Below are positions 29,162-38,744 of a DNA stretch of 64,000 nucleotides, piece after piece. Both the position numbers and the translations under genes were made by a program. Position 1 is the first letter of the stretch. Each line of letters begins with the position of its first letter. The stretch lies in assembly GCA_965227775.1 (NCBI GenBank), contig OZ245777.1, forward strand, positions 1,536,001 to 1,600,000. Reading direction: 5' to 3'. The DNA comes from Phycisphaerales bacterium. GTDB taxonomy: Bacteria; Planctomycetota; Phycisphaerae; Phycisphaerales; UBA1924. The notes under the pieces were generated by a model. The model was not told the origin of the DNA, made no database searches, and saw only the letters and a list, made by a program, of their open reading frames with translations.

Positions 29162-29964
29162 TTAGCGAGCGCCAGCGCTCGCGCTGGTGGTGGCAGGGGC
29201 GCCGGCCCGGCCCGCGGGCGTGGGCGATTGGCCACCGGCGGGCTTGGCACTCTGGATGCGCGCGGCGAGTTCCTCGGTCAGCTCGGCGATGTTCTGTGCG
29301 AGTGCATCGACGCGGTTTCGGAAGAAGCTGTGCAGCGCCGTCGCGGGGATCGCCACGATCAGGCCCAGCACCGTGGTGATCAGCGCCACTGAGATGCTTG
29401 AGGCCAGGGCCTCGGGCCGGACACCCTCGCTCACGCTGAGCGTCTCGAACGCACCGACGAGGCCGACCACCGTGCCAAGGAGCCCGAGCATCGGGGCGAC
29501 CGCGGCGATCAGGCCCATCGGATCGGTCTTGCGTTGCAGCTTGGCGAATCGCTCTTGGCCCGCTTCCTCGAGCGCGGATCGCAGCTCAAGCAGGCCAAAC
29601 GGCGATCGCAGGCACCGCGTGAGCGCCGCAGCGAACATGCCGGTGAGCAGGCTGCGGTTCTCTTCGGCCTGGCAGAACGCCAGCGCGCCGCGCACGTCGT
29701 TGGCTGCCAGCAGGCGATCGAGCCCCTCGACGATTCGCGGGGGGCGAGACGTGGCAGGCGGATCTCGGCGAACAACCACACCGCCATGAGCACCGCCGTA
29801 AACGACAGCAGGATGATGACGATGCCGATGGGCCCGCCCGACAGGATGTGCTGGAGCAGCGTCTTGCCGTCGTCGGCCGCGGGCTGGGCGGCCGGCGCCG
29901 CCTGTGCAAGCAGGCTGCCGGCGTGGGCAAACATCGAGGCGCACGCGCCCGAAAGAAGCGTCAT
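29162..29964 (-). CDS. exbB: MotA/TolQ/ExbB proton channel protein, frameshifted at a G6/C6 run (29739-29744)
   Basis: N-half (GGPIGIVIILLS...RLAP) and C-half (PRIVEG...APMLGLLGTVVGL...ALITTVLGLIVAIP) are in different frames; one extra C restores a 267-aa ORF. Confidence 0.85.
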
Positions 29965-31133
29965 GGGGTCTCTCCGACCGTAGAAGGTTGCGCCGCCGAA
30001 GCAGCGGCAGAGTCCGAATGCAGCAACGGGGCCACCTCGGGCCACGATAGCACTGGCGACTGTGGGCTTACGCGTGCAAGCTCACCCGCCAGCGAGCGGG
30101 CAACGCGGCCCTGCCCCACCGAGTCCAGGGTGACCGCCGCCTCGGCGAGCGCGATGTCGGCGAGCGCCGGCGAGTCCAGCCGGTGCAGCACGTGCACGCG
30201 GAGGAGCTGTGCCACGCCGCGGAGGCGCTGCTCCTCGTCGTCTTCGAGTACGAGCGATCGCCCGATCGCGGCGCGGATCCATGCGGATAGCCATGGCGAC
30301 GCGGCATTGCCGAGCGCCGCCTCCAGGCGCGCCCGAGCGGATGTCCGAGCCGAAGCGTCGAGCACGCGCGCGGCGACGATGTCTCGCACGAGCTCGCTCG
30401 CGGCTTCGCGCGGCACGTCGGGCAGATCATCAACCACTTGCCCGAGCTCGAAGCGAGCGGCGGCCTGGTACAGCGCACGCATCGCCGATGCCTTGTCGCG
30501 CTCTCCTTCGACCGGCTCAAGCTGCAAAACGAGCTGGAGCGACGGCGTTGCGAGCCACATGGGCGGCAGCATGGGCGCGAGCTCAGATGCCGGATCGATC
30601 ACGATCGGCAGTCCTGCATCGCGTGCCCATTGACGGTTGGCGAACGTCGTGCGCGGCTGGCGGATAATCGAAGCGTCCAGCCAGGCAAGCCAGGGCTCGA
30701 TAGCCGCTGCCGTCGCGCCGCGAGCGAGCCGGCACCGCATCAGGCCCTCGGCAACGACGAGCCCCGTCGGCCCGCGTAACGCACCGCCTGCGCGCACGCG
30801 GTCGAACACGTCCAGCAGCAGGGGTTCGGCGAGCACCAGATCACCGCGCTCGACACGCGCTCTGGCACGCCACGCGTCGGTCGAGAGCTGCTCAAAGGGC
30901 TCGGCTGCCTCGGCGAGCGACGACGGCGGGTGCAGCACGCGATCCCAGCCCACGACGACGACATCGCCCTGCGGCGTCCGCACCTGCACACCTTGGGGGC
31001 CGACGCCCATGACCGTTCCCGTGGGCGGCTGCTCGAACGCGCGCAAGATCAACGCATCGTCCTGCGCCAGCAGAGGCGAGGCGATCGCGAGGAGCAGCGC
31101 CGGCACACGCCGGATCAACACGGCCACTCTCAA
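29961..31133 (-). CDS. Exported protein (~390 aa) with N-terminal beta domain and TPR-like helices
   Basis: Probable TTG start overlapping the vWA stop (GTG at 31127 is an alternative); signal peptide ...PLLAQD; TPR-like C-terminus. Confidence 0.65.
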   Translation of the reverse strand: MRVAVLIRRVPALLLAIASPLLAQDDALILRAFEQPPTGTVMGVGPQGVQVRTPQGDVVVVGWDRVLHPPSSLAEAAEPFEQLSTDAWRARARVERGDLVLAEPLLLDVFDRVRAGGALRGPTGLVVAEGLMRCRLARGATAAAIEPWLAWLDASIIRQPRTTFANRQWARDAGLPIVIDPASELAPMLPPMWLATPSLQLVLQLEPVEGERDKASAMRALYQAAARFELGQVVDDLPDVPREAASELVRDIVAARVLDASARTSARARLEAALGNAASPWLSAWIRAAIGRSLVLEDDEEQRLRGVAQLLRVHVLHRLDSPALADIALAEAAVTLDSVGQGRVARSLAGELARVSPQSPVLSWPEVAPLLHSDSAAASAAQPSTVGETP

Positions 31134-32116
31134 CGCGGGCCCTCGATGTGCGTGTATGTGCCGCGGGTGGCGGTGGCGATGCGGCGCATGAGCGCCTCTC
31201 CCTCGCGGCTTCGGAACGTGATGCAATGGATCGGAATGTTCCATCGCTCGAAGGCGCCCAGGATGCGGTCGGCCTCGTCGTCGGAAAACTCACCATCGGT
31301 CATGAAGTAGATCGCGTCGGGCCGCGGTTCGAGCATGGCGACGAGTTCGAAGCCGGTTGCCGGCCTCGTGCCGCCCTCGGCCCGCGTCGCCAAGATGTGT
31401 GCTCTTGCCCAGGTCTTGCCGCTATCGGTTGCTTCGGCCCATACCACGCCGCGATCGCCAAGCGGCCGCGCTCCAGAGTTGAAGAACGCGACGAAGAAGT
31501 TCGACGAGCTGAATAGGCCCGTGATCGAGCGGATGAGTTCCTGCTGCAGCGATTGCAGCCGGCCGTCGTTGACCATCGAGCCGGAAGTATCAACAACGAA
31601 CGCGAATCGGTTGCCCCGCGCCTCGACACCGAAGAAGCTGGCCCCGGCCCCGACGCTATCGCCGACACCCAGGCCAACGCCTTCGAGGTCGCCGCCGCCC
31701 AGCTGCAGGGTGACGTCGCCGATCGATTCGGCTAGGTCCGACATGTCGACCTCGAGCGCGCCGAGATCGAGCTCTGCTTCCATCTCGAGCGCTGAGCTGG
31801 CCGAGTCCGCGTCCGGCGCCTCGAGCGCGAGTTCTTCGGCGGCGATCTCGGCGAGCTCGGCGTCGGTCATGACGGCGAAGTCAACCTCGGTCGACGCCGA
31901 GCCAAGCTGCGCCGGCGGCTGGTTCATCTGGATGAGTGCCGCAATCACGAGGATGACCACGTGGACCAGCAGGGACACTGCCGCGCTGCTCGCCGCCAGG
32001 GGCACCTTGTGCCGGTTCACCCACGCCAGGGCGCCCGTTCTCTCGGGCTCGCCGGTGTGGTCCTGGGCCTGGGTGTTTGCCGCCCGGGCGGTGTCCTGTT
32101 GGTCGTGGCGGTCCAT
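31130..32116 (-). CDS. Membrane-anchored vWA domain protein with TonB-like S-x3-H TM helix
   Basis: TM SSAAVSLLVHVVILVIAAL; acidic linker; MIDAS DTSGS...GGT...FMTDG. Confidence 0.85.
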   Translation of the reverse strand: MDRHDQQDTARAANTQAQDHTGEPERTGALAWVNRHKVPLAASSAAVSLLVHVVILVIAALIQMNQPPAQLGSASTEVDFAVMTDAELAEIAAEELALEAPDADSASSALEMEAELDLGALEVDMSDLAESIGDVTLQLGGGDLEGVGLGVGDSVGAGASFFGVEARGNRFAFVVDTSGSMVNDGRLQSLQQELIRSITGLFSSSNFFVAFFNSGARPLGDRGVVWAEATDSGKTWARAHILATRAEGGTRPATGFELVAMLEPRPDAIYFMTDGEFSDDEADRILGAFERWNIPIHCITFRSREGEALMRRIATATRGTYTHIEGPR

Positions 32117-32333
32117 CGGCAAGGGTTGTACTCACGCGAGGCATGCAGGGGGTACTCGACCCTCATCGGCTGGTGGGGCGTAGCCGCCCGAAACCGTGTG
32201 CCTACCCTGACTCCGCTACCAGAGGCTGCGGCCCGGGGTTGCACGCTTCCGGCCGCCACACTGGTTTTCCCTAGCGTTCGCGGGCGTCTTGTCCAGCTCC
32301 GTTCGTTTGAATTTCCGGGGGCAGCCGAGCAGC

Positions 32334-33101
32334 ATGCACACCGTTGACGAGCCCAGTACCGCCGCGAAGCCCAGGGCCGCCGACGCCGATCGCGAGCCCT
32401 CGCGGCTCTTGCTCAAGCTCAGCGGAGAGGCCTTCGGCCGATCCGGCGCCGGCGTCGATCCCAACCTGCTCACGGACATCTGCAAGGAGATCGCCCAGGC
32501 GACCACGCTTGGCGCTCAGCTGGCAATCGTCGTGGGCGGGGGCAACATCATCCGCGGGGCCCAACTCGCCGCCGCTGGATTGGTCCAGCGGGCGACGGCC
32601 GACCACATGGGCATGCTGGGCACGGTCATCAATGCCCTTGCTCTTCGCGAAGGGCTGACCTCGGTGGGCGTCGATAGCCGCGTGATGAGCGCCATCGAGA
32701 TCCGCGCCGTCGCAGAGACGTTCATCCGTGGTCGGGCCATCCGTCACCTCGAGAAGGGCCGCGTCGTCATCCTGGCCGGCGGGACGGGCAACCCGTACTT
32801 CTCGACCGACACCTGCGCGTCGCTTCGAGCGATGGAACTCGGCTGCCGCGTGCTGCTGAAGGCCACCAAGGTCGACGGCGTGTACTCGGCCGATCCCAAC
32901 ATCGATCCAACCGCGACCAAATTCGACCACCTGACCTTTGCCCAGGCCATAGACAAGGGCCTGGGCGTGATGGACATGACCGCCCTTGCCATGTGCCAGG
33001 AGCATGACATGCCCGTCGTCGTATTCAACTTCCAGAAGCCCGGCAACATCGCGGCGGTCATCCGAGGCGAGAACATCGGCACCCGACTTTCCGTGCGATA
33101 G
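32334..33101 (+). CDS. pyrH: UMP kinase
   Basis: LLKLSGEA, VVGGGN, GTGNPYFSTDT, KATKVDGVYSADP. Confidence 0.97.
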   Translation: MHTVDEPSTAAKPRAADADREPSRLLLKLSGEAFGRSGAGVDPNLLTDICKEIAQATTLGAQLAIVVGGGNIIRGAQLAAAGLVQRATADHMGMLGTVINALALREGLTSVGVDSRVMSAIEIRAVAETFIRGRAIRHLEKGRVVILAGGTGNPYFSTDTCASLRAMELGCRVLLKATKVDGVYSADPNIDPTATKFDHLTFAQAIDKGLGVMDMTALAMCQEHDMPVVVFNFQKPGNIAAVIRGENIGTRLSVR

Positions 33102-33146
33102 GCACCCCGGCACGGCGGCACGCCGCCGGCTTGTGAGGACGTTCCC

Positions 33147-33719
33147 ATGTCAACCGATCCCGACACCATCCTGCTCGAAGCCGAAGACGCCATGGAGAAG
33201 GGCGTGGAGTACCTCAAGCAGGAGCTCCGCGGCGTGCGCAGCGGCCGGGCAAGCACGGCGCTCATCGAATTCCTGAAGGTCGAGTACTACGGCGCGAGCA
33301 CCGAGCTGAAGGCGCTCGCGGCGATCAGCGTACCCGAGCCAACACAGCTGCTGATCAAGCCCTTCGATCAGGGCGCCGTGGGCGACATCCGCAAGGCCAT
33401 CGAGGCGGCCAATCTCGGCTTGAGCCCCGTCGTCGAGGACAAGTCGATCCGCATCAACGTGCCGACGCTTACGAGTGAGCGTCGCCAGCAGCTCGTTGCC
33501 CGCTGCAAGAAGGTGGGCGAGGAGACCAAGGTCGTTCTGCGCAACGCCCGGCGAGATGCGAACAAGCACGCGGACGCCCTCGCGAAGGACTCCAGCGCCC
33601 ACATCGGCGAAGACCAGGTTGCCGACCTGAAGGACCAGATCCAGGAGATGCTCAAGAAGCACGAGGCCGAGGTCGATCGCCGTGTGGCCGACAAGAGCAA
33701 GGAAGTGCTGGAGGTCTAA
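33147..33719 (+). CDS. frr: Ribosome recycling factor
   Basis: RSGRA, VEYYG, PTLTSERR, RNARRDAN; follows pyrH. Confidence 0.97.
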   Translation: MSTDPDTILLEAEDAMEKGVEYLKQELRGVRSGRASTALIEFLKVEYYGASTELKALAAISVPEPTQLLIKPFDQGAVGDIRKAIEAANLGLSPVVEDKSIRINVPTLTSERRQQLVARCKKVGEETKVVLRNARRDANKHADALAKDSSAHIGEDQVADLKDQIQEMLKKHEAEVDRRVADKSKEVLEV

Positions 33720-34498
33720 GTACTCGCCTCTTTGTTGCTCGCGTCATCGAAGTACCGGCCGGGCGTTGCTCCGAGCTCCCTCTTGAACATCGCGATGAAC
33801 GCACTGGGACGCTCGTAGCCGACCTCGGCCGCGACCAGCTGCACCGGCACACCTTCGGCCAGCCGCGTGAGCGCATGGGCGAGGCGAGCCTGCGTTCGCC
33901 ACTGCCCGAACGACATCCCGGCCTGTTCGGCGAACAAGCGTGCGATGGTGCGTGCGCTTGCGCCGCTTCCAGCCGCCATGACGTCCAGCGTGCGCGAGTC
34001 GGCGGGTGTCGCAAGGAGTGATCGAGCAATTCGTGCTGCGCGTTCGTCGACCGGAATCGGCAGCCGCAATGGTCTTTCACTCGTCGTTGCGATCTGGTCG
34101 AGCAAGACCGACGCCATGCGTCGCTGGCTTCCTTCGTTGCGGCGCAGGCCGCCGAGTTCCAGCACGCTCAGTACCAGCTGCGTGAGCAACGGGGACACGC
34201 CCACGACACGCGGCCGATCACTCCAGCCCCGACAAATGGCTGGGTCAAAAAACAGCGTTCGCATTGCCGTCGCGCCAGAACAGGCCACTGCGTGCTAGTA
34301 CCCGGCCGGCACGCACACCGCCCGCTGAGAAGGCACCACCCACACGCCAGAGCCCGTCCGAACCGTGAGCACGCCCGATGAGGCGTAGACCAACTGAGGC
34401 CATGAATGCGAGTGCTCGTCGATTCGAAACCCTGCAGGCAGGTCGAGTGCGAGGCATCGGACGAGGAACCTATCTGTGTTATGGCAGTTTAGCGACAC
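33716..34498 (-). pseudogene. AraC-family (cupin + HTH) regulator interrupted by an in-frame TAG at 34295-34297
   Basis: HSHSWPQLVYASSG...VPAGY*HAV; the same frame continues to the HTH (RTIARLF...GYERPSAFIAMFKRELGATPG). Confidence 0.8.
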
Positions 34499-34506
34499 TT
34501 ATTGTC
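34494..34506. promoter_or_regulatory. GACA-N5-TGTC inverted repeat in the AT-rich divergent promoter (possible operator)
   Basis: gacacttattgtc overlaps the AraC start and lies upstream of the VOC gene. Confidence 0.3.
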
Positions 34507-34576
34507 ATTATAACGTGATTGAGCCAGATCGGGCCCCCGGTACGCTTTTGGCATACAGAAGAACACGGAGATTCCA

Positions 34577-34981
34577 ATGCCAGCCGAACCCAATCAACTC
34601 GCACACTTCGCCATCCACGCCGACGACGTCGAGCGGGCACGCCGGTTCTATGAGTCGGTCTTCGGCTGGACGTTCGAGGCCTGGGGCCCGCCCGAGTTCT
34701 ACCTGATCCACACGAGGGCGGGCGGGCCGCACGGGGCCCTCCAGAAGCGCCGGTCCCCAGTCAGCGGCGAGGGCATGATCGGCTACGAGTGCACCATCGC
34801 TGTTGCAGATGTGCGCGCGGCCGTCTCGGCGATCGAAGACGCCGGCGGCGTCATCACCTCGCCCCCCTTCGAGATCCCAACCGTGGGCACGCTGGCGATG
34901 TTCAAGGACACCGAGGGCAACGTGGCGTGCGTGATGCAGTACGCCAGCAGCGTTCAAGACGCGCGGGATTCCATGCGATGA
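34577..34981 (+). CDS. VOC/glyoxalase family protein
   Basis: HFAIHADDVERARRFYESVFGW...IPTVG..AMFKDTEGN. Confidence 0.9.
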   Translation: MPAEPNQLAHFAIHADDVERARRFYESVFGWTFEAWGPPEFYLIHTRAGGPHGALQKRRSPVSGEGMIGYECTIAVADVRAAVSAIEDAGGVITSPPFEIPTVGTLAMFKDTEGNVACVMQYASSVQDARDSMR

Positions 34982-35502
34982 AGCACAGAGTGAAGCTCGG
35001 CGTGGTATGCGTGTCTGTCGTTGGCGCGGCAGCACTTGCTGTCGTCGCCAGTGGATCGCAGCCAGACGCGACAGATGCGACGCAACAGTCGGATCTCAAC
35101 AGTGTTCGTACGGAGCTCGAGGGATTCTTGCTCCGGTATGTCGAGACGCTGGCAGGAGACGACGACCATGCCATCAGAGCCTTGTACGTTGCTGACGACC
35201 GGTTCACCTGGTTCACTGATGGCAGGGCGCTCTATCGATCGTCGCAAGATGTGGTGGATGGCCTCGATAGCTTGAGAGCGTCCGCTGTCGAACTGCATAC
35301 TGATCTGGCAAACACGGCAGTCCTCCCACTGAGCCGCGAACACGCCACAATCAACAGCGATTTCAGCACAAGCGCAAAGACAGAAGGACAGGAGGCCTTC
35401 GCATTCGCGGGTGTCATCACGATGGTGGTGGAGCGACAGCCAGACGGTACGTGGAAGGTCGTGCAGGGGCACTCGTCTACCCCTGCAGGCCCGCCACGAT
35501 AA
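34978..35502 (+). CDS. Exported NTF2/SnoaL-like (DUF4440-like) protein
   Basis: N-terminal signal/TM helix; C-terminal DGTWKVVQGHSS; 4-bp overlap with the VOC gene. Confidence 0.7.
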   Translation: MKHRVKLGVVCVSVVGAAALAVVASGSQPDATDATQQSDLNSVRTELEGFLLRYVETLAGDDDHAIRALYVADDRFTWFTDGRALYRSSQDVVDGLDSLRASAVELHTDLANTAVLPLSREHATINSDFSTSAKTEGQEAFAFAGVITMVVERQPDGTWKVVQGHSSTPAGPPR

Positions 35503-35505
35503 CGC

Positions 35506-37281
35506 TCAGCGGAACGTGACCACGTTTGGCGCCGTCAGTAGCACCGGCTCCTCGCGAAGCAGGCTGAACGAGTTCAGCGAGTGGACCATCTGCGTCCACG
35601 TGTGCTCGCCCACGGCGGCACGCACCGCTCGCACCATGGGCAGGGCCGACGCGTCAGTGGGCGCCGATGCGCCCATAAACCCGCCGAACGACTCTTCGAG
35701 GATCTCGGTGAGCGACTTGGGGCCGGGGAAGTGGCGAACGTCGTAGTTCGCCAGGCCCACGTGGTCGGCAAGGTCCGTGACGGCGTCGTCGAGGGTGCCG
35801 ATCTCGTCGGCCATCTTGAGCCGCACCGCGTCGGTGCCCAGGAAGAGCCGGCCCTCTGCCGTCTCAGACAAATCGATGCCCGGGCGACCCTGCGTCACGC
35901 GGCCGGTGAATTGGTCGTAGGTCTCGGCCATCTTGGAGCGAACGATCTCGATCTGCTGCTCGCTCCAGGGCTCGGCCGACGCGAAGATGTCGGCCCGCGG
36001 GCCGCGAGCCCGGCCGACGACGTTGATCTTCAGCGTGTCGTAGAGCTCGGCCATGCTGACCTTGCCGCCGACAACGCCGATCGAGCCCAGAATGCTGGAC
36101 TCGTTGGCGTAGATCTTCTGTCCTCCGACGGCGATGTAGTACCCGCCTGAGGCGGCCATGTTGCCGATGCTCACCCAGACCGGCTTCTGCTTCGCAAGGT
36201 CTTGCACGCCCTGCCAGATGATTTCACTTGCGGTCGCAGATCCGCCGGGCGAGTCGATGCGGAGCACCACGCCCTTGACCATGTCGTTGCTCGCGAGCTG
36301 AGACAGCTCGTTGCGCACGCTCCGGCTGCCGATGCTCTGCCCGCCAAACAAGCCGCCCGAGCCCGAGTCCCCCGTCATGATCGCGCCGGTCAAGTGCAGC
36401 ACGGCGATGGTGGGGCCGGTGAGGTTGGTGTCGGGCTCCTCGGTCAGCATCTGCAACATGGCGAAGGGGTTGGAGGTATCGAAGCTGTTGCCCTCCTTGC
36501 CGGCAGTCAGCGTGACCCAGCGCGGGTTGGAGCCCTCGCCGGTGAGCGCTGCGCCCAGGTCGGGCAGATCGACCGCGGCATCGACCATGCCGGCGGCAAC
36601 CGCGTCCTCGGCGTTGGCCATCCACAGCGTTTCCATGGCCGACTCGACGCCGCCCTGGTTCGTGCCGCGTCCATCGGCCAGCGTGGTGACCATGTGCCCG
36701 TACAAGCTGTCGAGCAGGCCGCTGATGTTCTCATCCCAGGCGTCACTCGGGCTCGAGCGCGTCATCTGCTCGTTCGCGCCCTTGTAGTCGCCTACCTGGA
36801 TGAGCTGCGCGTTGAGGCCAACCCAATCGAGCGTGTCTGCCAGGAACATCTCTTCCATGTAGAGGCCCGGCAGCGAAACATCGCCGGCCTTCTGGATCAC
36901 CGCGCGGTCGGCGTAGCTCGCCAGCATCAGATCCGTCGGGCCCATCTGCTCGGCGAATACCGTGACGGGAACGTCGACCGAGTCGATAGCCTGACCCAGC
37001 TCATCGACGATCGCCCAGCTGAGCGCTGCATCCTTCAGTCGCACCACTAGGTGATCGAGGTTCTGGTCGCCGGGCGAATCCTGGATCGCGGAGACGAGGT
37101 CGCTGAGCGTGGGCTCGGTTTCGCCGAAGAGCCAGGCCAGCGGGCTCGGTGCGTCGGCGGGCGTGCCAGAGATTTCGAGCAGCCCGATGCGCTCGCGGGC
37201 TTGCGCGAGTGCGTGCGTGGCGCCGGCCGAGAGGGTCAAGAGTCCGGCGGCGAAGTACGTGAGCGTGCGGTTCGGGCGCAT
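35506..37281 (-). CDS. sppA: Signal peptide peptidase SppA (peptidase S49, long type)
   Basis: VGDYKGANE, LRIDSPGGS, MAASGGYYI, GSIGV motifs. Confidence 0.92.
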   Translation of the reverse strand: MRPNRTLTYFAAGLLTLSAGATHALAQARERIGLLEISGTPADAPSPLAWLFGETEPTLSDLVSAIQDSPGDQNLDHLVVRLKDAALSWAIVDELGQAIDSVDVPVTVFAEQMGPTDLMLASYADRAVIQKAGDVSLPGLYMEEMFLADTLDWVGLNAQLIQVGDYKGANEQMTRSSPSDAWDENISGLLDSLYGHMVTTLADGRGTNQGGVESAMETLWMANAEDAVAAGMVDAAVDLPDLGAALTGEGSNPRWVTLTAGKEGNSFDTSNPFAMLQMLTEEPDTNLTGPTIAVLHLTGAIMTGDSGSGGLFGGQSIGSRSVRNELSQLASNDMVKGVVLRIDSPGGSATASEIIWQGVQDLAKQKPVWVSIGNMAASGGYYIAVGGQKIYANESSILGSIGVVGGKVSMAELYDTLKINVVGRARGPRADIFASAEPWSEQQIEIVRSKMAETYDQFTGRVTQGRPGIDLSETAEGRLFLGTDAVRLKMADEIGTLDDAVTDLADHVGLANYDVRHFPGPKSLTEILEESFGGFMGASAPTDASALPMVRAVRAAVGEHTWTQMVHSLNSFSLLREEPVLLTAPNVVTFR

Positions 37282-37368
37282 GGGGCCTCCTTGATGCCGC
37301 GCGTTGAACGCGTTTGGGTCATTTTCGTACGGATGCTAGATCCGTGTGTTCGAGTGGATCGGCCCGAT

Positions 37369-37788
37369 TCAGGCGTACCCCAATTGGTCGAGGTCGTCTT
37401 CTTCGAGCCCGAAGTGATGGCCGATCTCGTGCAAGAGGGTTATGCGGATCTGTTCGGACACCGTTTCGTCATCGGCGTTCCAGCCGCCCGAGATCAGGGC
37501 GATCCCGCGTCTGAACAGGTGGATCTCGTTCGGCAGGACCGCGTCGAGCTCGATCGGTCGCTCGGTCAGCATGAACCCGGTATGCAGCCCGCAGAGCTCT
37601 TCGATCGCCTCTGCGATGTCCTGCGGCTCGATGCCCAGGTCCTTCAGGATGACCGGGTCGGGCTCGTCCATCACGTGCAGGGGCACTTCTTCGAGTACCG
37701 CCCGCACGCGCTCGGGCAGCGCCTCGAGTTCGCGCTCCAGCAGCTCGTCGAATCGCGCTCGGAATGCCGCCGGCACGGGTTCGTTCAC
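37369..37788 (-). CDS. Zincin-like metallopeptidase family protein
   Basis: HEIGHHFGL (HExxH), GLHTG, PNEIHLFR; GTG start overlapping the upstream stop. Confidence 0.85.
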   Translation of the reverse strand: MNEPVPAAFRARFDELLERELEALPERVRAVLEEVPLHVMDEPDPVILKDLGIEPQDIAEAIEELCGLHTGFMLTERPIELDAVLPNEIHLFRRGIALISGGWNADDETVSEQIRITLLHEIGHHFGLEEDDLDQLGYA

Positions 37789-38744
37789 GGGGCTCCGTCC
37801 GCCCGGCGTTCGGCGTGGGCCACGTCCACCATGGACACGAAGCTGGTGATACGACGGCCCGACCGCCACAGCGCTCGCGAAATGCGTGTGCAGTCGATCG
37901 CCGCACCGGCTAGGCCCAGGGTGAGCAGAGCGGAAGAGATGACCACGAGGGACACGCCCGCGATGCTGAACACGTCGGCGAGTGCTTCGGAGCTGTACGT
38001 CGCCGCTAGTCGAACCAGATCGCCCACGATGCCGATGCCCGCAGCGAGCGCGACAGCGTAAAGCGTCTGCCGATCGACGCGGCCCGTGCGGAGAATCGCC
38101 GACCGCGCCGCCAGCGTCCGCGCGTTGGCCCTGATCAGTAGCACAACGGCGGTGATGAGCGCGAGCCCGATGCCTCTGGCCGTCACGCGTTCCACATCGG
38201 GTACGCGTTCGAAGTAGGGGCTCGCTGCCGGAGCATCGATCACACCGTGCAGGTAGTAAAACGCGATCGCCAGCGGAAGGTACAGCACGACGCCGAGCAT
38301 GGCCGTTCGCACGCCGCGCAGCGGCATGCGGTTGGCAGGCCTCACGAGTGCGATCGCCCCGACACCCGAAATGAGAACGAAGATCGCGCCAGCGATGGAG
38401 ATCGCGTGCGATGCTGACACGCTTATGAGGTGCGGATTGTTTTGGAGTGCAGGCACTTCCGCGGCGCGCATCGTCCAGACGCACGCGGCGGCGAGCAATC
38501 CGCCAATCGACCACACCATCAGGCCGAAAGCGGTCAGTCTCGGCCTTCGGATGGGATCGAACTCTCGTGCGCGTGGGTCGACGACGGCGAGGATGCTCGT
38601 CGCGATGCGCACGCCGCACTCGGGGCATCGGTCCAGCACGCTGAGGCCGCGCAGGTCATATCCGCATGCGACGCACGTCAGCCGCTCGGTCAGCGTTGCT
38701 GCAACCAGCGGCTCGTCGGTCGGAGGTTGCGGAACGTGGCTCAC
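37785..38744 (-). CDS. Polytopic membrane protein with N-terminal zinc ribbon
   Basis: CVACGYDLRGLSVLDRCPECG followed by about six hydrophobic helices. Confidence 0.7.
   Translation of the reverse strand: MSHVPQPPTDEPLVAATLTERLTCVACGYDLRGLSVLDRCPECGVRIATSILAVVDPRAREFDPIRRPRLTAFGLMVWSIGGLLAAACVWTMRAAEVPALQNNPHLISVSASHAISIAGAIFVLISGVGAIALVRPANRMPLRGVRTAMLGVVLYLPLAIAFYYLHGVIDAPAASPYFERVPDVERVTARGIGLALITAVVLLIRANARTLAARSAILRTGRVDRQTLYAVALAAGIGIVGDLVRLAATYSSEALADVFSIAGVSLVVISSALLTLGLAGAAIDCTRISRALWRSGRRITSFVSMVDVAHAERRADGAP

Noticed and set aside
32334..33719. pyrH-frr without rpsB-tsf upstream
   Set aside because: Splitting of this cluster is common in bacteria and not informative alone
34295..34297. 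In-frame TAG as pyrrolysine or stop-codon reassignment
   Set aside because: TAG terminates other genes normally here (pyrH, UbiD gene, the spondin gene) and no pyl genes are visible; nonsense mutation or sequencing error is simpler
37300..37312. AACGCGTTCA shared between the sppA upstream region and the ECF upstream region (~18800)
   Set aside because: A short palindromic match in GC-rich DNA with dissimilar downstream elements; could easily be chance
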